DNA of 20,000 nt from an uncultured virus (IMG/VR IMGVR_UViG_3300008262_000171) (taxonomy: Duplodnaviria; Heunggongvirae; Uroviricota; Caudoviricetes): IMG/VR virus record IMGVR_UViG_3300008262_000171. One strand, given 5' to 3'. A program made the translations under genes and the position numbers. A model generated the notes under the pieces. That model searched no databases. It was not told the origin of the DNA and was given only the letters and a program-made list of their open reading frames with translations. The stretch's first letter is position 1. The number at the start of each line of letters is the position of its first letter. Shown piece after piece: positions 8,918 through 15,958 of the stretch.

Positions 8918-8919
8918 TT

Positions 8920-8955
8920 AGTTAGAACAATCGTATAAATACTATTGTTCTAACT
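8920..8955 (+). promoter_or_regulatory. Late promoter TATAAATA embedded in a 12-bp inverted repeat upstream of the HNH gene
   Basis: AGTTAGAACAAT (8920-8931) and ATTGTTCTAACT (8944-8955) are exact reverse complements enclosing TATAAATA (8934-8941). Confidence 0.8.
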
Positions 8956-8964
8956 TATAGTTCA

Positions 8965-9342
8965 ATGATTGGTAAGTGTTTATCTTGTGAAAAAAACTTT
9001 AAGTATATGCCGTCACAATCGACAGGTAAATACTGTTCTCGTAAATGTCAGCAAGACAACCAAGATCGTGAATATATCACTGAATGGTTGAATGGCACAA
9101 AATCTGGTATAATAAGGGGTAATTCACTCTCTGGTTATGTTAGAAGACATTTGCTAGAAGAAGCAGGATACAAATGCTCTCAATGTAGTTGGGCAGGTGT
9201 CAATCCAGTTTCTGGAAATACAACACTAGAAATCGACCACATTGATGGTAATAGGAAGAATGCTAGTAAAGACAATCTTCGAGTATTATGCCCTAACTGT
9301 CATTCATTAACTCCTACTTATCGAGCGTTGAATATAAAATAG
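8965..9342 (+). CDS. Free-standing HNH endonuclease (putative homing endonuclease)
   Basis: N-terminal CxxC...YCSxxC zinc motif, then CSQC...LEIDHIDGNRKNASKDNLRVLCPNCH, a canonical HNH core. It lies between two tRNA genes. Confidence 0.92.
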   Translation: MIGKCLSCEKNFKYMPSQSTGKYCSRKCQQDNQDREYITEWLNGTKSGIIRGNSLSGYVRRHLLEEAGYKCSQCSWAGVNPVSGNTTLEIDHIDGNRKNASKDNLRVLCPNCHSLTPTYRALNIK

Positions 9343-9414
9343 CTGGTTTAGCTCTCTGGCGAAAGCACTGCCCTCATAAGGCAAGACAGGTCGGTTCGAT
9401 CCCGACAACCAGCA
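9342..9414 (+). tRNA. trnM: tRNA with CAU anticodon (elongator Met; Ile2 not excluded)
   Basis: Acceptor GCTGGTT/AACCAGC+A, anticodon arm (C)TGCC-CTCATAA-GGCA(A), T arm GTCGG-TTCGATC-CCGAC. G1:C72 is paired and there is no GGG/CCC anticodon stem, so it is not an initiator. Confidence 0.85.
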
Positions 9415-9415
9415 C

Positions 9416-9444
9416 TTGACCACTACAACTCTCTGAGTTATAAT
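9416..9444 (+). promoter_or_regulatory. sigma70 promoter for tRNA-Leu
   Basis: TTGACC (9416-9421), 17-bp spacer, TATAAT (9439-9444), 12 nt upstream of the tRNA. Confidence 0.85.
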
Positions 9445-9456
9445 GGTCCCATACAC

Positions 9457-9540
9457 GGGGCGGTGACGTAACTGGTAGCCGTATCAGACTTAAAATCTGC
9501 TGGGAGTATTCCCGTGGGGGTTCGATTCCCCCTCGCCCTA
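9457..9540 (+). tRNA. trnL: tRNA-Leu(UAA)
   Basis: Acceptor GGGGCGG/TCGCCCT+A, anticodon arm CAGA-CTTAAAA-TCTG, long variable arm GGGA-GTAT-TCCC, T arm GGGGG-TTCGATT-CCCCC. No intron. Confidence 0.92.
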
Positions 9541-9559
9541 CTGAAAATAAATATAAGAT

Positions 9560-9880
9560 ATGGGAATTTTTCCTATGTCTTATCGTATCGATTCTGCATA
9601 CTGCTGGTACAATAATGGCAGTATGATTGTGAAAATGTATTTCATCAATCATATACCTTTTACGTTTGATGAAATGCCAGAAGGTCATTTGTATGATCAG
9701 GATCTTTGTAGAGAAGCAGATAAGAACAGATCATTTGAACCAGATGATTTGTATAGAAATTCTTTCTACTTGATAGATGAAGAAGTACACCCTTGTTTCT
9801 TCCCAGTTGAGTTAGAGAACCCTGAAGATATGCCTGATGATATTGAATTTGAATATGACGAGGAAGATTTGACTTCATAA
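9560..9880 (+). CDS. Small acidic hypothetical protein (alternative ATG at 9575)
   Basis: 106-aa ORF filling the gap between tRNA-Leu and the fibre gene, with an Asp/Glu-rich C-terminus. AATAAATA lies at 9546-9553 upstream. Confidence 0.7.
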   Translation: MGIFPMSYRIDSAYCWYNNGSMIVKMYFINHIPFTFDEMPEGHLYDQDLCREADKNRSFEPDDLYRNSFYLIDEEVHPCFFPVELENPEDMPDDIEFEYDEEDLTS

Positions 9881-9883
9881 ATA
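9876..9883 (+). promoter_or_regulatory. Late promoter-like CATAAATA
   Basis: One mismatch to TATAAATA, 32 nt upstream of the ATG at 9916. Confidence 0.5.
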
Positions 9884-9915
9884 AAAGATAGAAAACAATT
9901 AAAAGTCGTAATAAA

Positions 9916-12900
9916 ATGCCTCTTAATAAGTTAGATAATTTTATAAAGAATACTGATGGGCGTATTCTTTATGTAAGTCCAAGTGATCTTGATTCCACTG
10001 ATAGTATTGATAATCAGGGAAATTCACTTGCGAGACCTTTTAAAACAATTCAAAGGGCACTTTTAGAGGCAGCAAGATTTTCATATGTAAAGGGTGATGA
10101 TAATGATATTACAGAAAAAACGACTATTTTACTATTACCTGGTGAGCATTTAATTGATAATAGACCTGGTTTTAGACTTTATAATGATGGTGGAACGGCA
10201 AAAGTTGTAGCACCAGATCAGAGTATTAGTGGCAGCAATCCAACAGCATCGTCGGCATTAGGTTTATCACTGTCATCAAACTTTGATTTGACACAAGTTG
10301 ATAACATTTTATATAAATTCAATAGCATCTACGGTGGTGTTATTGTACCAAGAGGTGTATCTATTGTTGGTCTTGACTTAAGAAAGACAAAGGTTAGACC
10401 AAAATATATCCCAAACCCAACAGATCCATCTGCCGCAAAGTCTGCTATTTTTAGAGTAACTGGTGCATGTTACTTATGGCAGTTTTCATTCTTTGATGCA
10501 CGAGAAACTGAATTAGCATATACTAACCCAACTGATTTTACTGATACTGCAAAACCAACATTTTCTCACCATAAACTAACTTGTTTTGAATATGTTGATG
10601 GCGTAAACAAATATGGTAATACGGGTCTTACTGACCTGGATATGTACTATGCCAAGTTATCGAATGCATATGGCACTAGTGCTGGTACTAGAGAAATCGA
10701 TCAGAAATACCCAGCAGATGCAGGTGGATTTGCAAAACAACGTCCAGAATGGGAAATTGTAGGTGCATTTGATAGTGACGTAATTCCACTTGCCTCAATC
10801 AGTATTAGTTCTTCTGGAAGTAATTTAGTTACTGTCACAACTTCTGTTCCTCACGAATTTAACGAAGGGACACCTATTAAAATTAGAAACGTAGTTCCTA
10901 CTGATTATAATATTTCAACAAAAGTTCAGACAGTTTTAAGTGACACTAGATTTACTTACCTGATTCCAAATGCAAGACGAGATCTTGATCTAAATGGTAG
11001 TATTTCTTCAGCAACAGTTGTTATTGAAACTGATACTGTTTCTGGTGCTTCTCCATATATCTTTAATATCTCCTTACGTTCTGTATGGGGTATGAACGGT
11101 ATGCACGCTGATGGTAGCAAGGCATCAGGTTTCCGTTCAATGGTTGTTGCTCAGTTTACTGGTGTTTCTCTACAAAAAGACGACCGTGCATTTGTAAAAT
11201 ATTTCCAAGACTCAAGAAAATATATTGGTATTAGTGTATCTAAGGTAACAGGAGCAGAACTATCTTCTAGATCATCATCAACAGATCCTGGAACCGCATA
11301 TCACCTAGATGCTTCTGCAATTTACAGAAAAGGATGGGAAACCTCTCATATTAAAGCATCTAATGATTCATTCATTCAGGTTGTTTCTGTTTTTGCGATT
11401 GGATTTGCGAAACATTTTGATGGTGAATCTGGTGCAGACTATAGCATCACAAACTCCAACTCCAACTTTGGTCAAATCTCCTTGAATGGAGATGGATTTA
11501 GAGCAAAGGCATTTGATAAAGATAATAATTTATTCTTAACAAATGTTGTCACACCAAAAGCAATTACTGGTACACCAAAAACCGTTGACTGGCAGGCAAT
11601 TGATGTTGGAGTAACAACGAGTCCAACTTTCAACCCATCTGGAAATAAAATATATCTATTTGGATTCAACTCTCAAGATAATGTACCACCAATTCTAACT
11701 CAAGGATATCGCATTGGTGGTGCCGTAAATGATAAATTATATGCAACAATTAATAAGGTTGAATATTCTGCTGACATTGTTATGTCAGATGGAGTTACTT
11801 CAAGTGCAAAAGAATATACTGTAAGTCAAGTAAGTAATAATAGATTTGTTTTAAGTGGTGCCCACACTCTTGAAAATGCAGAGAAAGTTACAATTCAAAG
11901 TATAGATGGTGACCTACCAGAAAATATTACAGAACATACGGTTTATTATGTCATTACATCTGCAATTAATGCAACAAGAACAGATGGAGTAACGTTACAA
12001 TCAACAGAAGTTCAACTTGCAACATCTCAAGCAGATGCAAGTTTGGGAGTTCCAGTAACAGTATACGGCGGAATAAAGTTAAAAATTCTTAGTAGAGTTC
12101 ATGATAAGCAAGCTGGTGATCTTGGTCACCCTGTTCAGTTTGATAACACCAAGAAACAGTGGTATATCAATGTAAAATCTACAAATAATACAATTTACTC
12201 AACATTAAGTTCTCTTGGTGTCGGTGGTTATCAAATCAGAACAGATGCATCTTATATTAAGAGAATTCCAGATACAAGAAGTTTAGATGAAAGACTTTAC
12301 AAACTTAGAGTTGTCATTCCAAAAGAACTTTTAGGTGCAAAAGCACCAGAACCTGGTTTTATTATACAAGAGAGTAGTTTTACTGGTGTAAGAAATGATA
12401 CTGACTTTATCTTACCAACTACGAGAAATCTAACTTCTTCTGATTACAACTATAACAAAAATCCAAGATTTATTTCAAGTTGTTCAAGGTCTGCAGCTGT
12501 TAATGGTGTCTATACAGTAACGGTTGAAACTGAAAAACCACACAATCTTAATGTTGGTAATGACGTTAAAATCTACGGTATTAAGGATTCTATTCTAAAC
12601 CCATTTGGTGAATTTGGGTATGGTTATAATGGCAAGTATGATGTCAAATCTGTAGTAAATGATATGTCATTTACATATCAAATTACTGCAGGGGTTTCTA
12701 CATTCCCAACATTCCCAACAACTAAAAATACATCTTGGCCAAGATTTGAGAGAAATGACGTTAAGGATAATTTTATTATCTACAGAAGTGTAGTCATTTC
12801 TGATTATATTGAAGGGCAAAAAGATGGTGTTTATCATTTATTTGCATTAAATGCATCAAACACCGTAGAAGAAGAATTTACAGATAGCACTTATACTCAA

Positions 12901-15900
12901 AACGTTGTTGACCTTTATCCCCAGTTAGATAGAGACAACATCAATGATAACCCACCATCGACAAAATCATATGCATTAAGAACACCTCTAGGTAAAGTTG
13001 TTACAAATGATCAAAAGCATAGTTTAACTAGAGAAACAACTGATAAGTTTGCTAAGTCTTTTGGATTTGGTTTAGGTATTACCACTGTTACAAGTTCTAC
13101 TGGAATTGCGACTTTAAGTTTTGATAGAAACCATGGATTTGGTGGTATTATTTCTGTTGGCATTACTACTGGTGGTGTTGGGTATCAAACCGGAACATAT
13201 TACAACGTTAAGGTTCTAAAAGATGGTACTATAACAAATACTTGGCAAGGTGCAACTGCAACCGTTGTTGTTAACAGCAGCACAAATGTATCTTCCGTTC
13301 AAATTACTAACCCTGGTTCAGGATATACAACTGGAACATATCAATTAGATGAAAGTGTAATTGGTAATAATGGTGCTCAAACTAATGTATCGTTGGATCT
13401 TACTGCTGGTGGAATTTCAACATCATTAGGACAAGTCATTCAAACAACTGGTATTGGCACTACCGCAGATGGTTATTATCGCATCACCAGTATTCCAGCA
13501 CCAAATAGAATTGCAATTGCCAGAACTGCTGGAGATCCAACCCCATTAGTCGGTCAATATTTACTATTAACTGGTCTTTCTGCTTCGATAACTTCATTAG
13601 CATCAAATGCAAGTGCAGGAATCACAACGTTTACTTGTTCATCTGCTCATGGTCTGGTAGCAGGGAATAAGATTAGACTTCTTGATAGCAGTAATAATAA
13701 TCTTGGAGACTATTTTGTCAATTCAAGAGTTGGTGTCAACACATTTAATGTTCTTACTTCAGGAATTACTACGGCATCGTTTGCATTAAAGCATGGTTTT
13801 GCATCAAATGATGGTTCATCAGACTCAACACTAGAAAATCTAAGCACAAGATCAACCTTCATTCTTGATAAGGAGGTAGCTTATGTTGTTGGATTTACTG
13901 ATGACACAAGAATTAGAATTAGTGTACCTTCCCCTGGAATAGGAACGACATCAAGATTCTCTTACGGGTCTTACATTCAAATTGATGATGAAATCATGAG
14001 AGTGGCAAGTAACACTCTTGGTGGAACAAATAATGATGAAATTACGGTTCTACGTGGTTCTCTTGCTACGAGAAAAGTATCTCATGATGTTGGATCAATT
14101 ATTAGAAAAATCGATCCAGTTCCTCTGGAGATTCGTAGACCCACGACAATGAGAGCTTCGGGTCATACATTTGAATATCTTGGTTATGGACCTGGAAACT
14201 ACTCAACAGGTTTACCACAAGTTCAAATTAGATCTCTATCCGAAAGAGAAGAATTCCTTGCACAATCTCAGGAGAAGAGAGGTGGTATTGTTGTTTATAC
14301 TGGTATGAACAACAGAGGTGACTCTTTCCAAGGAAACTCTAAGTCATCTGCTGCAAGTGGGGTAATTGTTACTTATGATATTCCAACACCAACAATTACT
14401 GGTGAAAATGCATCAAGATTAAGTGTTGTATTTGATGAAGTTACTGTAAAAGAAAGAATTGTTGTTGAAGGTGGTAGTTCAAATACCGTTCTTTCTCAAT
14501 TTGATGGACCACTTAACATTAATGGGGAAACTAACTTTACTGCACCAGTCTTAATCAGACACCTTCTTACAGTTAGAGATGAAACTGATTCTACTTCTAC
14601 TACCAGTGGTGCTTTGGTGGTTACAGGTGGTGTTGGTATTGCAAAGAATGTAAGTATTGGTGGCACATTAACTGCCAATAATTTAGTTGCAAATAACGTA
14701 ACATTTGGTGTTATTAACTCAACTAGCACTAATCAGGCAGTTGGTTTTGGAAGCACATCTTCTGCTTTAAGTGTTGCTGGTGGCGCCGCAATTTCTAAGA
14801 ATCTAATTATTAATCAAAATGTTGGCATCGGAACCACGAATCCAACAAAGAGATTCCACATCTTTGCCGCACATACTCATATTGCCAATGATGAAATTGG
14901 TTTAATTGAAAACATTAGTGTTGGTGAACCAGCATCTCTGTCATTTATGGCAAGATCTGATAATGGTAGTATCGGAAACAAAGGTTCAATTTACTTTGAT
15001 GCTGGAGCAGACGGAACTACAGCAGACAATAAACTTCAACTTACTGCTCGTCACCAAGATACTACAGATCCTACTATCACAATTACAGGTGGTGGTAATG
15101 TCGGTGTGGGATCAACATCCCCACAAGAACAATTAGATGTTAAAGGTGGATTGGGATTTGTCAGAATCGGTGAGGTTTATGCTGGATATAATGGTATTAC
15201 TTTAAATGGCAGCACTTCTGATAATGATTATAATTTCATTTCAAGAGTAGGTGATACTGATCTCTATATTAATAGACCATCTACTAAAAATATTAGATTC
15301 AGAATGAATAATGTGGATCAAATGATCCTCGATGGTGATGGTGATCTTGGTATTGGAACCGCAACTATTAATAATAAATTACACGTTCAAGGAACTGCAT
15401 TAATTGCTGGATCACTTGCTGCAGATAGTTTAAGTTTAACTCACACAACTACTGGAATTGGTGTTGGTGATATTGGTAGTAATGGTGGTGGTGATGGAAT
15501 ATTTGGTATTTACAACACCACAAATAGTGGATCAATAGCATTCAATGTTAAAGATTCTGGTGGAACATATAATGATATCTTGACAATGACCAGTTCTGTT
15601 GCAACTGTTGACGGTGAATTAAGAGTAACTGGTGATATTACAGCATTCTATACTTCTGACCAAAGATTAAAGGATAACATTACTCCAATTAATGATCCTC
15701 TTGCTAAAGTTATCTCAATTAGTGGTAATACTTATACTTGGAACGAACAATCTGGCAAAGAAGGTAATGATGTTGGTGTAATCGCACAAGAGATTCAAGC
15801 AGTTCTACCAGAAGCGGTGATTGAAAGAGATAATGGTTATCTTGCAGTTGATTACCATAAGTTAGTTCCACTTCTTATTGAATCAATTAAAGAGTTAACT

Positions 15901-15942
15901 GCAAAGGTTGAAAAACTAGAGCAAAAATTACAAGATAAATAA
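9916..15942 (+). CDS. Large virion structural / tail fibre protein with C-terminal S74 chaperone
   Basis: 2008 aa. The N-terminus ILYVSP...DNQGNSLARPFKTIQRAL is typical of cyanomyovirus structural proteins. It has repeated beta modules (VTVTTSVPHEFNEG, VTVETEKPHNLNVG, TFTCSSAHGLVAG), GALVVTGGVGI and NVGIGTT fibre repeats, and the S74 domain TSDQRLKDNI...DVGVIAQEI...VDYHKLVPLLIESIKEL from 15655. Confidence 0.85.
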   Translation: MPLNKLDNFIKNTDGRILYVSPSDLDSTDSIDNQGNSLARPFKTIQRALLEAARFSYVKGDDNDITEKTTILLLPGEHLIDNRPGFRLYNDGGTAKVVAPDQSISGSNPTASSALGLSLSSNFDLTQVDNILYKFNSIYGGVIVPRGVSIVGLDLRKTKVRPKYIPNPTDPSAAKSAIFRVTGACYLWQFSFFDARETELAYTNPTDFTDTAKPTFSHHKLTCFEYVDGVNKYGNTGLTDLDMYYAKLSNAYGTSAGTREIDQKYPADAGGFAKQRPEWEIVGAFDSDVIPLASISISSSGSNLVTVTTSVPHEFNEGTPIKIRNVVPTDYNISTKVQTVLSDTRFTYLIPNARRDLDLNGSISSATVVIETDTVSGASPYIFNISLRSVWGMNGMHADGSKASGFRSMVVAQFTGVSLQKDDRAFVKYFQDSRKYIGISVSKVTGAELSSRSSSTDPGTAYHLDASAIYRKGWETSHIKASNDSFIQVVSVFAIGFAKHFDGESGADYSITNSNSNFGQISLNGDGFRAKAFDKDNNLFLTNVVTPKAITGTPKTVDWQAIDVGVTTSPTFNPSGNKIYLFGFNSQDNVPPILTQGYRIGGAVNDKLYATINKVEYSADIVMSDGVTSSAKEYTVSQVSNNRFVLSGAHTLENAEKVTIQSIDGDLPENITEHTVYYVITSAINATRTDGVTLQSTEVQLATSQADASLGVPVTVYGGIKLKILSRVHDKQAGDLGHPVQFDNTKKQWYINVKSTNNTIYSTLSSLGVGGYQIRTDASYIKRIPDTRSLDERLYKLRVVIPKELLGAKAPEPGFIIQESSFTGVRNDTDFILPTTRNLTSSDYNYNKNPRFISSCSRSAAVNGVYTVTVETEKPHNLNVGNDVKIYGIKDSILNPFGEFGYGYNGKYDVKSVVNDMSFTYQITAGVSTFPTFPTTKNTSWPRFERNDVKDNFIIYRSVVISDYIEGQKDGVYHLFALNASNTVEEEFTDSTYTQNVVDLYPQLDRDNINDNPPSTKSYALRTPLGKVVTNDQKHSLTRETTDKFAKSFGFGLGITTVTSSTGIATLSFDRNHGFGGIISVGITTGGVGYQTGTYYNVKVLKDGTITNTWQGATATVVVNSSTNVSSVQITNPGSGYTTGTYQLDESVIGNNGAQTNVSLDLTAGGISTSLGQVIQTTGIGTTADGYYRITSIPAPNRIAIARTAGDPTPLVGQYLLLTGLSASITSLASNASAGITTFTCSSAHGLVAGNKIRLLDSSNNNLGDYFVNSRVGVNTFNVLTSGITTASFALKHGFASNDGSSDSTLENLSTRSTFILDKEVAYVVGFTDDTRIRISVPSPGIGTTSRFSYGSYIQIDDEIMRVASNTLGGTNNDEITVLRGSLATRKVSHDVGSIIRKIDPVPLEIRRPTTMRASGHTFEYLGYGPGNYSTGLPQVQIRSLSEREEFLAQSQEKRGGIVVYTGMNNRGDSFQGNSKSSAASGVIVTYDIPTPTITGENASRLSVVFDEVTVKERIVVEGGSSNTVLSQFDGPLNINGETNFTAPVLIRHLLTVRDETDSTSTTSGALVVTGGVGIAKNVSIGGTLTANNLVANNVTFGVINSTSTNQAVGFGSTSSALSVAGGAAISKNLIINQNVGIGTTNPTKRFHIFAAHTHIANDEIGLIENISVGEPASLSFMARSDNGSIGNKGSIYFDAGADGTTADNKLQLTARHQDTTDPTITITGGGNVGVGSTSPQEQLDVKGGLGFVRIGEVYAGYNGITLNGSTSDNDYNFISRVGDTDLYINRPSTKNIRFRMNNVDQMILDGDGDLGIGTATINNKLHVQGTALIAGSLAADSLSLTHTTTGIGVGDIGSNGGGDGIFGIYNTTNSGSIAFNVKDSGGTYNDILTMTSSVATVDGELRVTGDITAFYTSDQRLKDNITPINDPLAKVISISGNTYTWNEQSGKEGNDVGVIAQEIQAVLPEAVIERDNGYLAVDYHKLVPLLIESIKELTAKVEKLEQKLQDK
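15934..15941 (+). promoter_or_regulatory. Late promoter-like GATAAATA
   Basis: One mismatch to TATAAATA, overlapping the upstream stop, 17 nt before the ATG at 15959. Confidence 0.5.
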
Positions 15943-15958
15943 CTAAAAACCATAGAAG

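Noticed and set aside
8685..8918. 77-aa minus-strand ORF
   Set aside because: It is antisense to tRNA-Ile and the Phd-like ORF, which are better supported.
8918..9342. HNH gene as part of a self-splicing intron
   Set aside because: Both flanking tRNAs are intact and under 50 nt of non-coding sequence is available, too little for a ribozyme core.
9457..9540. Group I intron in tRNA-Leu(UAA), as found in many cyanobacteria
   Set aside because: The anticodon loop CTTAAAA is contiguous.
9374..9688. 104-aa minus-strand ORF
   Set aside because: It runs antisense across two tRNAs and a promoter, so it is spurious.
12700..12720. Short tandem repeat ACATTCCCA x2
   Set aside because: An in-frame 9-nt duplication (TFPTFPT) inside a fibre gene, too short to be meaningful.
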